A stretch of 64,000 nt of DNA from positions 2,592,001-2,656,000 of the forward strand of contig OY760937.1 of assembly GCA_963664225.1 (NCBI GenBank). The letters run 5' to 3'. The position numbers and the translations under genes were made by a program. Origin of the DNA: Verrucomicrobiia bacterium. Its GTDB lineage: Bacteria; Verrucomicrobiota; Verrucomicrobiia; Limisphaerales; UBA1319. Numbering within the stretch: position 1 is the stretch's first letter; each line of letters begins with the position of its first letter. Below, one piece after another: positions 1 to 9,985 of the stretch. The notes below the pieces were generated by a model. That model did not search any database, was not told the origin of the DNA, and worked only from the letters and a program-made list of their open reading frames with translations.

Positions 1-27
1 GTAATACTGAGCAACAACACAGCGACC

Positions 28-417
28 ATGGCTCAACCCAGGCTTGATTTTAGGACGGCTTATTGCCGCATGCACCAATGCTCCGCAGAGGAGTTCTCCA
101 TGGCTGTTTTTCGGCAGTCCCTGCATCTGCGCGCCCGTCCGTTTGCGGGGCTGCTCGCCTGGCTCTACCCGCGTTTTTTCCGCAACGACCTGATGCTCAT
201 CGACGAAGTGGCCCTGGCCACCAGGCGCAATGAATGCCTGGTTGCCCTGCTGGGTTACCGGCAGGATTGCCACATGACCGGCGGCTTTTTGCATAATCAA
301 TGCCGGATGCGTGTTTCGGGAAAGCGCCTCCTGAATGTGTTCGACGCAACGCTTCATCGCGCGGGTGTCGAATCGCCGAAAGAGGATGAACCCATTCTCC
401 CGCCGGATGTGGAGTAG
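28..417 (+). CDS. hypothetical protein (129 aa)
   Basis: ATG-started ORF with host-like codon usage and natural-looking composition; hairpin downstream at 452-484; no family recognised. Confidence 0.6.
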   Translation: MAQPRLDFRTAYCRMHQCSAEEFSMAVFRQSLHLRARPFAGLLAWLYPRFFRNDLMLIDEVALATRRNECLVALLGYRQDCHMTGGFLHNQCRMRVSGKRLLNVFDATLHRAGVESPKEDEPILPPDVE

Positions 418-451
418 TTCTAACGGGCCATTGAAGACTGGGGTGGGGAAA

Positions 452-484
452 GTGGGGTCTGGAGGTGTTTCATCCAGACCTCAC
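452..484. terminator. stem-loop downstream of first CDS (terminator- or REP-like)
   Basis: GTGGGGTCTGGA (452-463) pairs with TCCAGACCTCAC (473-484), one G-U pair; no clear U-tract. Confidence 0.35.
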
Positions 485-520
485 CTATCCTCAAATCCCG
501 TGAATGGGGGGGGCGCCGCA

Positions 521-560
521 CGCCATTCAAACATTCGCAAACATTCGCAGACATTCGCCA
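521..560. repeat. short tandem repeat, 10-bp unit ACATTCGC(A/C)(A/G) x3 plus a degenerate copy
   Basis: acattcgcaa acattcgcag acattcgcca at 531-560, preceded by cgccattcaa. Confidence 0.7.
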
Positions 561-707
561 TGAGAGCCGCGTCATGGGATTGGGTGCATGACAAAACTCA
601 GGAGTGTGGAAAACAGCCATGGCGGTGCGCTGATTTTAAGTCGGCATTGAGGCAACGACAGAACCAGTGTGCGGGGTTCGAGGGGCATTTGAAAACGATG
701 GATTAAA

Positions 708-741
708 GAGCGCTTTAAGCCGGTCTGGAGACCGGCGCTCC
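708..741. repeat. REP-like extragenic palindrome
   Basis: GCCGGTCT-GG-AGACCGGC (719-736) perfect inverted repeat, extended by GAGC/GCTC. Confidence 0.55.
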
Positions 742-913
742 GAAGACAGCAGTCACCCTATTTACTCCACTGGCATTTTTTGGCCTTCTTCTGCTGGCAA
801 TAGAATTTTGTCCTGGGCGTCATGGCATTCCAAGTCCAATTCGGGCGTTGCGTCGGGACCTCATTTCGGCTACTCGTGTGTTCGTTAAGACAATGATAAA
901 CGCAGATCGAGAT

Positions 914-1714
914 ATGACGACGAAAGATAGTCCGGCCCGCGGCTTGAGCCTCCGGGGCTTTTGCAAGGCGTCCTTGTTGCTGACGGCGCTGCTGTGGACT
1001 GCCGGGGCGGGCGCGGCTGAACCCGCCGATGTTCTGAAGGCGGCGGTGGAAAAGCTCGCCAAGGGCAGCAATTACACGTGGACGACGACTTTCAAATTTC
1101 CAGACGCGCCAATCCATCCCGGCCCCATTAACGGCCAGATCGACGCCAGCGGCTATACCCTGTTGAGCCAGCATATTGGCAACGCTGACTTCGAAGCGGT
1201 GATCAAAGAGGGACTTGGGGTTCTCAAGCTGCCCGTTGGCTGGCTCAGCGCGAGCGAGATCATCGAGGGCAACCCGCAAGGGGCCGTGGGACCTGCAATG
1301 CTGATGTCGCGCGTCCTGTTCAATGTGCGCAAACCGGATATCGAAGCTGCGGAATTGTTGAAAATGGGCGTTGTCTTCACCCAGGACGATAAGGGTGTGA
1401 TCACGGAGCAACTGAGCGAAAACGCCGCTTTGACCTTGATCCGCAACGGCATCACCGGACGCCCCAATCCCACAGCCCCACCGCTGAAGCAAGCCAGGGG
1501 CAACGTCAAGTACTGGGTCAATGGCGGATCGATCGAGAAATATGAAATCAATCTGCAGGCGCAAATGATGCCCAGCGCCCACAATAACGCCGTCGATTTC
1601 AAGCCCACCACCATTGTCGAAATCACCAATGTGGGCACCACCAAAGTCCAGCCGCCCCAAGCCGCGCTCGACAAACTGGCGGCGTTGACGGCTCCGCCTG
1701 CGGCCGCGAAGTAA
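914..1714 (+). CDS. secreted hypothetical protein
   Basis: ORF 848-1714; likely start ATG 914; signal peptide LLLTALLWTAGAGA|AEP; beta-rich mature region. Confidence 0.75.
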   Translation: MTTKDSPARGLSLRGFCKASLLLTALLWTAGAGAAEPADVLKAAVEKLAKGSNYTWTTTFKFPDAPIHPGPINGQIDASGYTLLSQHIGNADFEAVIKEGLGVLKLPVGWLSASEIIEGNPQGAVGPAMLMSRVLFNVRKPDIEAAELLKMGVVFTQDDKGVITEQLSENAALTLIRNGITGRPNPTAPPLKQARGNVKYWVNGGSIEKYEINLQAQMMPSAHNNAVDFKPTTIVEITNVGTTKVQPPQAALDKLAALTAPPAAAK

Positions 1715-1729
1715 TCCAGCGCGCGGGAA

Positions 1730-3154
1730 TCAGCCGCGGAAAAACAGCAGCCACACGAGGATCAGCATCGGGACCATGAACGGCAGCGTGTACTTGAAAA
1801 TGTAGCCCAGAAAGGTCGGCACATTGGGCACGCGGCTTTGCTCAGCGATGGCCTTGACCATGAAATTGGGGCCGTTGCCGATATAAGTGTTCGCCCCGAA
1901 AAACACCGCGCCGACGCTGATGGCCACAATGAAGTGGTTGTAGGCCACGTTGCCCAACAGAAACGCCGTTTCAATCTGGCTCTTCGTGACCGTTCCCGAG
2001 GCTATTTCGCCGCCATGATACTTTTGCAGCGCGGCCAGCGTTTGGCGAATATGCTCCGCCTCGGAACCTGTCAGCGAGGAAGCGCCCGAGGCCAATGCGG
2101 TTTGGACCCCGGCGATGACTTCAGGTTTGATGAACGCTCCAAAAGCCGCGCTCAGAAAGCTCAGGTAGGTCGGGGCGTTATCCAACACGCTCGAGAGTGT
2201 GCCGCTGGCCCAATAGAATAGCGCGGCGGTGGGCTTGAACAACCCGGCGGCGTGGCCCTGCAGGTAATCCAGCGCGGGCATCATGGTGGCGAAGATTCCG
2301 GCAAACAGGATCACCACTTCCATCACCGGATGGAAATTGAATGCGTTGGCGTGATGAATCGTTTTTTTCGTTGTGTAGTAAGAACCGACCGCCGCGCCCA
2401 CCATCAGGAGTTCCCGTAACATCACCGGTTTTTGGATGAACACCGCCGCCAGGATGACGCCCAGAAAAAACACATTCGACAGCCCGGTGCAGCTCCAGCG
2501 ATTGACCGGCTCCGCCAATTGTTCGCGCACCTGTTTGGGCGCCTTGAGGTAATTGCGCGTGTCCACGGCGTAAAACATCGCCAGGAGCGAGCCCACTCCC
2601 ACGGCCCAAATCGGCCAGCAATGCTCCGCCACCCACCAGAATGGAATGCCCTGCAGATAACCCAGGAACAACGGCGGGTCGCCAATCGGGGTGAGGCATC
2701 CGCCCACATTGGACACGATGAATATGAAGAAGACGACATGATGGCCGGTCACCCGGTATTTATTCATGCGAATCCACGGACGGATCAGCAGCATGGAGGC
2801 GCCCGTGGTGCCCAGCAGATTGGCAATCACCGCGCCGAAAAACAGAAACTTCACATTCTCCCACGGCGTCGCCTCGCCATTGATCTGGATGTGAATGCCA
2901 CCGGCAACCACGTAGAGCGAACCGATCAGGGCGATAAAGCTGACATATTCCATCGCGGTATCCGCGGCGCGCGGCCAGGCGTGCAGTCCCGCCAGATAGT
3001 AAATCACCGTCACTGCGCCCAGGCCCAGGGCGACCAAGGGATAATGCCTGCCCCACCAGCCCGGGAAAAACAACGGAGCCAGCGCAATGGCCGCCAGCAG
3101 CAGCACAAACGGCAGGATCATCCAGGTGTTTGGCTCAATGATCGCGTGCGACAT
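1730..3154 (-). CDS. ion-transporter superfamily protein (putative Na+/H+ antiporter, CitMHS-like)
   Basis: multi-TM; motifs GTTGASML, SNVGGCLTPIGDPPLFLG, LSSVLDNAPTY, GANTYIGNGPNFMVK. Confidence 0.85.
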   Translation of the reverse strand: MSHAIIEPNTWMILPFVLLLAAIALAPLFFPGWWGRHYPLVALGLGAVTVIYYLAGLHAWPRAADTAMEYVSFIALIGSLYVVAGGIHIQINGEATPWENVKFLFFGAVIANLLGTTGASMLLIRPWIRMNKYRVTGHHVVFFIFIVSNVGGCLTPIGDPPLFLGYLQGIPFWWVAEHCWPIWAVGVGSLLAMFYAVDTRNYLKAPKQVREQLAEPVNRWSCTGLSNVFFLGVILAAVFIQKPVMLRELLMVGAAVGSYYTTKKTIHHANAFNFHPVMEVVILFAGIFATMMPALDYLQGHAAGLFKPTAALFYWASGTLSSVLDNAPTYLSFLSAAFGAFIKPEVIAGVQTALASGASSLTGSEAEHIRQTLAALQKYHGGEIASGTVTKSQIETAFLLGNVAYNHFIVAISVGAVFFGANTYIGNGPNFMVKAIAEQSRVPNVPTFLGYIFKYTLPFMVPMLILVWLLFFRG

Positions 3155-3160
3155 ATATAA

Positions 3161-4732
3161 TTATGGGGCGGACGGTGCGGAAGGGATGTTCGTGCTGGTG
3201 TTACCAGCGGCTGCCAACTTGCTGGGAAACTGGGCCGTCCCGAGTTTCATGCGCTCATGGCGATACTGCCGCAGACCGGCCCCGGTGGTTTCGATGGCCA
3301 GCGGCGGTCCGCTAAAATCCACCACGCCCGACATGGACGCGGCCAGGACAGGCGGCATGGCCACGGATTGACTGGCGTCCCAAACGGCCAGGCACCGCGC
3401 AAAAGGCCGTGCCAGCGTCGGTTCAATAAAGCCCGGACAAAACACCGGCAGTCCGGGCACTTGCAGCCGGACGTTGCCCGCGATCCAGAAATTCTCGGCG
3501 GCGGCGAATCCGATCTGGCCGGAACGCGCGGCGATGCTCCGGGTCAGTTTATCGAAAGGAGCGTTGAGCAATTCGTGGCGGTGCATCGTTTCCGCCAGCC
3601 AGATGCGGCCCGGAATGGCGATGCAGATCAAGGCGCCCAGCACCAGTGCAATGCGCATCAAACGCAATGTGGGCAGCGGCCTGGACCAGGCGTCGAAGGC
3701 CGTCACAAAAAGCACCGGCGTCAGGATCATCAGCGGCTCGAACCACCGTTCCTTGAAATGCGTGGCGTGAAAAACCAGGGCCAGCACCGCAATGACCAGC
3801 ACGGGCAGGCCAATGGCCGTGAGAATTAAATTTCGCGTGCCAATGGTTTTTTCCGAGGTGCGTCCCGGTTTTCCCCAGGTGACCAGCATCCAAAAGACCA
3901 GGGCGGGCGCGGGCACGGCAAGAACCGCCAGCACCAGCGAGGAAAGGCCCATCCAGGCTGCGCGCAGGGCCGTGATATTGGTCTGGGTGTCGAATTTGTT
4001 CACGCTGACCAGCACCAGGTCGCGATGGTTTAAAACCCAGTTCAGATGCGGGGCCACCAATGCCGCCGCCAGGGCCAGCGCCAGCAACATGCGCGCATCC
4101 AGCACGGTGCGGCGATAGGCTTTGCAAACCGCGCCCGCGCAAACCAGCCCCAGTCCGACAAAGGCGTAATTATAATTTGAGAGCGTTCCCAAACCGAGGC
4201 ACGCCCCCAGCAGCAGGTATTTCCACAGGCGCGGCCGTTCATGCAGCACCAGCAATACATTCAGCGTGACGATGGCCATGGTCGCCGCCAGGACCGTGTG
4301 CGTGAGGTCGCGCTGCGATTCCCACACGATGTGCGGAAACAGAAACAGCAGCAGCGCCGCGGTGACCCCGGCCCGGTGCTCGCCCGCGATCCGGCGCGCG
4401 CTGTCATAGGTGAAATAATACGCGCCGAACAGAAGCAGGTTCTTCAGCAGCGCCAGCGAGAACACGGAAACGCCGAACGCCTGGAAAAACACCGTTTGCA
4501 GCCAGGTGTATAAAGGCGGTTGCGGCCCGTATCCCCATTGAAAAATCTGCGTGAAAACCAGTTGCTCGCTCTCGTCCAGATCGGCCGTGGGCGAAGTGAC
4601 GATCCGCAATACTATTTGAATGCCGAAATACAGCGCCACCAACCGCAGGAACCGGCTGGGTGTGCTGATCAACCGCGACAACGCCGTTGACGCCGCTGGT
4701 TTGGTGGTGGATGCGCCCTGAACAGATTCCAT
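3161..4732 (-). CDS. ArnT/PMT-like GT-C membrane glycosyltransferase
   Basis: DLDESEQ...WGYGPQPPLYTW first-loop motif, many TM helices; adjacent to GT9. Confidence 0.8.
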   Translation of the reverse strand: MESVQGASTTKPAASTALSRLISTPSRFLRLVALYFGIQIVLRIVTSPTADLDESEQLVFTQIFQWGYGPQPPLYTWLQTVFFQAFGVSVFSLALLKNLLLFGAYYFTYDSARRIAGEHRAGVTAALLLFLFPHIVWESQRDLTHTVLAATMAIVTLNVLLVLHERPRLWKYLLLGACLGLGTLSNYNYAFVGLGLVCAGAVCKAYRRTVLDARMLLALALAAALVAPHLNWVLNHRDLVLVSVNKFDTQTNITALRAAWMGLSSLVLAVLAVPAPALVFWMLVTWGKPGRTSEKTIGTRNLILTAIGLPVLVIAVLALVFHATHFKERWFEPLMILTPVLFVTAFDAWSRPLPTLRLMRIALVLGALICIAIPGRIWLAETMHRHELLNAPFDKLTRSIAARSGQIGFAAAENFWIAGNVRLQVPGLPVFCPGFIEPTLARPFARCLAVWDASQSVAMPPVLAASMSGVVDFSGPPLAIETTGAGLRQYRHERMKLGTAQFPSKLAAAGNTSTNIPSAPSAP

Positions 4733-4737
4733 GAGTA

Positions 4738-5826
4738 TTAACTACCCTTTGGCAGGGGTCTGGACAATTGAAAATGATCGAGCGCCTGCAACACTTCGTC
4801 CGGCCTGATATCCGCCAGACACCGCGCGTGCGGCGCGTTGCGGCAGGTCGGCTCCTTCAATCCCGCGCATCGACACGCCACGACCCGGTGCAGATGGTTC
4901 TCCCCGCGCGGCAGCCATTCCTTCAAGCCGGCATATTCCCGGAAAATCGAAAACGTGGGAATGCCCAGCGCACAGGCCAGGTGGATCACCCCGGAATCCG
5001 GCCCCACGTGCAGTCGGCACCGCGTCAGAACCCCCGCCAGTTGCGCCAGGCTCAGGTCGGTCAAAACACGCACACGCACATCGCCCGCCTCTTCGGCGAT
5101 CTGCCGCAACCGTGTCTGTTCCCGCGTCCGGGAACTGCCGGTGACGATGACGTTGAGCAGCGGATTCTTCGCCAGCAACCCCTTGACCAACGCGATGGAA
5201 TGTTCCAGAGGCCATTCCTTGAGATGCGTGCTCGCGTTTGGCGAAATATGCACCGAACCGGCGGGCACGCGTTCTTCCGCCCAGTCCAGGGCCAGCGGAG
5301 GCACTTTCAAGTTGAATTGCGCCGGGGCCAATGTGAATCCGCATGCGGTCAGCACCTGCCGCCGTTGTTCGAACACCGGCAGCGTTCGGTCCTGCTCAGG
5401 CACCACGCAGTGCATCAGCCAGGGAGTCCAGAAATGTTTCCGGGCCGCCTCATGCGTCATGCGCAATCGCGCGCCGCTGAGTGCTGTGAGAAAGATTGTC
5501 CGATCCGCCCCGCTGAAGTTATACGCCACGTTGAAATGCTCGCGCCGCAGTTTTTTGATGATGTCCCAATGTTTCCAGAAGGGCGGGCTGGGCGGTCCCA
5601 ATGGAAAGGCCCAGGCCTTATCGACACACGACACCAATTGCAGCACTTCGGCCCCCAGGGGCGAGGTGAGAACATGAATGGCCGCGCGCGGATGATGCCG
5701 CCGCAGCTCCCACAACGCGGGGATGAGATGAATCGAATCGCCCAGAAAGCCCAGATCGATGACCAGAATTTTCCCCGCCTTCTGGCACTCCTTCTGGCTC
5801 ATCGAATAAAATTGATCCGGATTCAT
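4738..5826 (-). CDS. glycosyltransferase family 9 (LPS heptosyltransferase-like)
   Basis: KILVIDLGFLGDSI N-terminal motif; GPDSGVIHLACALG C-terminal motif. Confidence 0.9.
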   Translation of the reverse strand: MNPDQFYSMSQKECQKAGKILVIDLGFLGDSIHLIPALWELRRHHPRAAIHVLTSPLGAEVLQLVSCVDKAWAFPLGPPSPPFWKHWDIIKKLRREHFNVAYNFSGADRTIFLTALSGARLRMTHEAARKHFWTPWLMHCVVPEQDRTLPVFEQRRQVLTACGFTLAPAQFNLKVPPLALDWAEERVPAGSVHISPNASTHLKEWPLEHSIALVKGLLAKNPLLNVIVTGSSRTREQTRLRQIAEEAGDVRVRVLTDLSLAQLAGVLTRCRLHVGPDSGVIHLACALGIPTFSIFREYAGLKEWLPRGENHLHRVVACRCAGLKEPTCRNAPHARCLADIRPDEVLQALDHFQLSRPLPKGS

Positions 5827-5980
5827 GTTCGTTTTAATTCAAGAGCGCGTGCCCCATCCCGATAATGTGGCGACTACTTTTTCTTCTGAAATTTCTGCAT
5901 GACGGACACCCTGACGCCGCGTGAGGGCACGCGGCCTACAATATAAACAGGCGCACCTGCTTGCAGGCCCGGTGTCCTGT

Positions 5981-8251
5981 TCATTTGTTCTTCTGTGATT
6001 TCTGCAAGGCTTCCGTAAACCAATCCGTTGTCGGCGGTTTGCTGGCGGGTACCGGACGCGCCCCGCGCATCGGGGCATTGCTCGATCCCGAACGCGCCGT
6101 TGCCGGTCCAATCTGAGGCGCGCTGCGCAGCGACAAGGCAATGCGTTTGCGCGGCAGGTCCACTTCCGTGACCGTGGCCATGACCTTCTGGCCGACCTTG
6201 ACCACTTCCGCCGGATTCTTCACAAACCGGTCCGCCAACTGGCTCACATGGACGAGCCCGTCCTGGTGCACCCCGATATCGACGAACGCCCCAAACGCCG
6301 TCACGTTGGTTACCAGGCCCGGCAGTTTCATGCCCGGCTTGAGGTCCTCCATTTTTTCCACGCCTTCCTTGAACGCGAAGGCTTCGAATTTCTCGCGCGG
6401 ATCGCGGCCCGGCTTGGCCAGTTCCGCCATGATGTCCGTGAGCGTGGGCAGACCCACCTGCTCGGTGACGTATTTTTTAAGATCGATCTTCTGGCGCAAT
6501 GCCGCGTCGCGCATCAAGTCCTGCACGGTGCATTTCAAGTCCTTGGTCATGGCATCGACCACCTCATAACGCTCCGGATGCACCGCGCTCGCATCGAGCG
6601 GATTGCCAGCCCCGCGGATGCGCAGAAAGCCCGCCGCCTGCTCGAACGCCTTGGGTCCCAAGCGCGTCACTTTCTTTAATTCATTGCGTGTCTTGAACGG
6701 CCCGTTTTCGTTGCGATAGGCCACGATGTTCGCCGCGATCTGCGCGCCAATTCCCGAGACATAACCCAGCAACTGGCGGCTTGCAGTGTTCACTTCCACG
6801 CCCACGCCGTTGACGCAACTCACCACCACGTCGTCCAGACCGCGCTTGAGCGCCGCCTGGTCCACGTCATGTTGATACTGACCCACGCCGATGGATTTCG
6901 CATCCAGCTTGACCAACTCAGCCAGCGGATCCATGAGACGGCGTCCGATGGAGACCGCACCGCGCACGGTGATGTCCTGGTCGGGAAATTCCTCGCGCGC
7001 GGCCTCGGAAGCCGAGTAAATCGACGCGCCGCTTTCGTTGACCATGACAATGGCAATCGAGGCCGGCAGTTTCAACGAGCGTATAAACGTCTCCGTTTCG
7101 CGGCCTGCGGTGCCGTTGCCAATGGCAATCGCCTCAATCGCAAACTTCTGGCAGAGCACCCGGATTTTATTCTCAGCCTCGGACACCCGCGCGTCGGATT
7201 GCGAGGGAAAAATCACGTCGTGGAAAAGCAGTTTCCCCTGGCGGTCCAGGCAGACGATCTTGCATCCCGTGCGAAATCCCGGATCGATGCCCAGCACGTT
7301 TTTCTGGCCCAGGGCCGGAGCCAGCAGCAACTCCCGCAGGTTCTCCGCGAACACCCGGATGGCCTCCGCGTCCGCCTTCTTTTTGTATTCGATGCGCGTC
7401 TCCGCCTCGATGGCCATTCCCAGCAGCCGCTTGTAGCTGTCCTGAACCGCCAGCCGCACCTGCGCCGCCGCCAATCCGCGTCCAGTGACAAATAGCGGCT
7501 CCAGCAACATCAGCGCCTCTTCCTCGGGAGGCGTGATCCGCAGGATCAGAAATGACTCCTCCTCACCGCGCCGGATTGCCAGCATGCGATGGGACGGAAT
7601 CGTGGCCACCGGTTCGCTCCAGTCGAAATAATCTTTGAATTTCGCCCCTTCCTCCTCCTTGCCCGTGATGATCTTGGAACGGACCACCGCGCTGCGCACA
7701 TAAAGCTCGCGCAGCTTCGCGCGGGCATTCGGGTCGTCGGCCACGCGCTCGGCCAGGATATCCCGCGCGCCCGCCAGCGCCGCTTCTTCCGTGGCCACGC
7801 CCTTCTCGGCATTTACGAACGCTTTGGCGGCGGCGGAGGGATCCGTGGTGTCCTGCCCGTTGAAGAGCAAATCGGTCAGCGGTTCCAGGCCCAGCTCGCG
7901 CGCAATGGTGGCGCGGGTCCGGCGCTTGGGCCGGTAGGGTTGGAAAATATCCTCCAGCGTCGTGAGCGTCTCCGCCGCGCCAATGGACACCTTCAACTCG
8001 TCGGTCAACAGGTTGCGCTCCTCCAGCGATTTGAGGATCGCCTCGCGCCTGCGGTCCAATTCCCCCAACTGCTCCAGGCGGTCCCGGATGCTCGTAATGG
8101 CCACTTCATCGAGCAACCCCGTCGCCTCTTTGCGATAGCGCGCAATGAAAGGCACCGTGGCGCCCTCGCCCAGCAACAACGCCGTGGCCGCCACCTGCGC
8201 GGGCTTGACCTTCAACTCACCAGAAATCTTGAATATGTGTGTTTCGTTCAT
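5981..8251 (-). CDS. tex: Tex-family RNA-binding transcriptional accessory protein
   Basis: GATVPFIARYRKEATG, GIDPGFRTGCK, VNESGASIYSAS, SIGVGQYQHDV, C-terminal S1 domain; start likely ATG 8251 (ORF extends to 8302). Confidence 0.95.
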   Translation of the reverse strand: MNETHIFKISGELKVKPAQVAATALLLGEGATVPFIARYRKEATGLLDEVAITSIRDRLEQLGELDRRREAILKSLEERNLLTDELKVSIGAAETLTTLEDIFQPYRPKRRTRATIARELGLEPLTDLLFNGQDTTDPSAAAKAFVNAEKGVATEEAALAGARDILAERVADDPNARAKLRELYVRSAVVRSKIITGKEEEGAKFKDYFDWSEPVATIPSHRMLAIRRGEEESFLILRITPPEEEALMLLEPLFVTGRGLAAAQVRLAVQDSYKRLLGMAIEAETRIEYKKKADAEAIRVFAENLRELLLAPALGQKNVLGIDPGFRTGCKIVCLDRQGKLLFHDVIFPSQSDARVSEAENKIRVLCQKFAIEAIAIGNGTAGRETETFIRSLKLPASIAIVMVNESGASIYSASEAAREEFPDQDITVRGAVSIGRRLMDPLAELVKLDAKSIGVGQYQHDVDQAALKRGLDDVVVSCVNGVGVEVNTASRQLLGYVSGIGAQIAANIVAYRNENGPFKTRNELKKVTRLGPKAFEQAAGFLRIRGAGNPLDASAVHPERYEVVDAMTKDLKCTVQDLMRDAALRQKIDLKKYVTEQVGLPTLTDIMAELAKPGRDPREKFEAFAFKEGVEKMEDLKPGMKLPGLVTNVTAFGAFVDIGVHQDGLVHVSQLADRFVKNPAEVVKVGQKVMATVTEVDLPRKRIALSLRSAPQIGPATARSGSSNAPMRGARPVPASKPPTTDWFTEALQKSQKNK

Positions 8252-8561
8252 GATCACCAACTGCGGGAATTTGTACCCCACCGTCCCCGGGATGTAAAAC
8301 ATTGCGTTGGCGGCACGCGGACCCTGGCCCGGTCGAATCTCCTATTGCCAACGCGGTTTTTGCAGCGCAGGGTGAATTCGTCCTTGACGACATCATTGCC
8401 ATGACCACGCTCAATTCATACGATAGGGTCAATCGGTTGTTCTCGATCAGTTTGCCTCTGACCGGCGCTGGCGAATTGCCATTAAGTTTTGACGGAGCAC
8501 ATAACGGGGCCAGTCAGCACGCTCAGGCGAGGCTCGCGAAGTTGGGCTGCAAACAAATCAG

Positions 8562-9047
8562 ATGATGAAAAGTCGACCATCCTATGGTTTCACTCCTATG
8601 CGTATTATCCTGATCACGACAATTATTATTTTGCTCGTTTGTGCAGGATTGTATTTTCCACAAGGTAATGCCCACGCACGCGGTCATGCATTAGTCGATC
8701 AACGCACAAAATTGGTGCATACATTTGAGGGATTGCAGATGCTAGTCATGGAGGACCCAGATGTTTTGAAACGAATCGATACAAACGGAGTTGTCATTTT
8801 AGAGTCCCAAATGATGGAAATCATTCGCACAAGCAAACGAGGCGATGACTTGATGAAGTGGATGAACCTGGGAAGTTACAACTGCTTTATGGATGTTTGG
8901 AAACACCCACTACGGTTTAGATTTGAAAGAGTCGATACGCTTTCTGGTAAAGCCGAAGTAATGGTCTGGAGCATAGGCCCGAATGGCATTGATGAGAACG
9001 GAAAAGGCGATGACCTTGTGATATCAGGCGAGGTGTTTAAGCCATAG
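8562..9047 (+). CDS. pseudopilin-like protein with GspG-type C-terminal motif; low GC
   Basis: GFT-preceded hydrophobic N-terminus; DVWKHPL...WSIGPNGIDENGKGDDL resembles the DPWG.PY...S.GPDG...DDI motif; AT-rich codons. Confidence 0.6.
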   Translation: MMKSRPSYGFTPMRIILITTIIILLVCAGLYFPQGNAHARGHALVDQRTKLVHTFEGLQMLVMEDPDVLKRIDTNGVVILESQMMEIIRTSKRGDDLMKWMNLGSYNCFMDVWKHPLRFRFERVDTLSGKAEVMVWSIGPNGIDENGKGDDLVISGEVFKP

Positions 9048-9123
9048 CGCGAGAGCAACACGACACCCTCGCTGTGAACGGGTCAGTCCTATAATCTTTG
9101 CATCAGGTAGCTGCAGCCGCACT

Positions 9124-9798
9124 CTACCGCCTCGCCGCAATTTCAATCTGCGCCTTGTTTTTGGCCATGTGGCCGGACGGAAGAATCCCGCGCCAGTTCG
9201 TATTCGGATAAACCACGGAATTGCGACCGATGATCGTGCCCGGATTCAGCACCGCGTTGCATCCGATGTCCGTGTGGTCCCCGAGCAGCGCGCCGAATTT
9301 GCGCAAGCCCGTGTCGTATTTCTGCCCCTCCCACTCCAGGATCACATTGCCCGGCACCAGCTTGACATTGGAGATTTTCACGCCCGCGCCGCAATGGGCC
9401 TTGTAGCCGAAAATCGAATCGCCCACGTAATTGAAATGCGGCACCTGGCATTTGTTGAAAAGCAGCGCGTTCTTGAACTCGCAGGAATTGCCGATCACGC
9501 AGCCGTCGCCGATGATGACCTGCTCGCGGATATAGGCATTGTGGCGAATCTCGCAGTTGCGTCCAATGATCGCCGGCCCCTTGATCATCACCCCCGGTTC
9601 GACCACCGTGCCCTCGCCGATGAACACATCCGGCCCAATAAAGCAGGGGCCGATCTCGCGATGAAAGCGCCCCGGTTTCAGATTCGCGGCGATGTATTCC
9701 TTGATCCGCTTCAACGCATCCCAGGCATGCGTGCATCCGTCGAAAATGTCGGCATGTTCCGTTTGCGATAAATCAAAAAGGTCCGTCGGTCCAAGCAT
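9124..9798 (-). CDS. hexapeptide-repeat acyltransferase related to the GlmU C-terminal domain
   Basis: left-handed beta-helix repeats; PHFNYVGDSI, TGLRKFGALLGD, IGCNAVLNPG. Confidence 0.85.
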   Translation of the reverse strand: MLGPTDLFDLSQTEHADIFDGCTHAWDALKRIKEYIAANLKPGRFHREIGPCFIGPDVFIGEGTVVEPGVMIKGPAIIGRNCEIRHNAYIREQVIIGDGCVIGNSCEFKNALLFNKCQVPHFNYVGDSIFGYKAHCGAGVKISNVKLVPGNVILEWEGQKYDTGLRKFGALLGDHTDIGCNAVLNPGTIIGRNSVVYPNTNWRGILPSGHMAKNKAQIEIAARR

Positions 9799-9985
9799 GC
9801 GCGCAGTTTAGAATGCCCGCCCCGGACCGCAACGCAAAAGCGCGAGAGTTCTTCCCGCCTTACAGAAGAATTTTATCGTGCGCACGTGCTGGTCTATGAC
9901 CGGCTTCGCGTGTTGCCAGCCATACCAACCCCATCCCATCGAGTATTCAGGTGCGATTTGCGATATGGTTTGGTAGAACGTCGCC

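Noticed and set aside
440..466. G-quadruplex
   Set aside because: Only three closely spaced G4 runs, and one is occupied by the competing hairpin.
9045..9100. attC-like site after the low-GC gene
   Set aside because: Only a short GCGAG/CTCGC stem; no RYYYAAC...GTTRRRY boxes.
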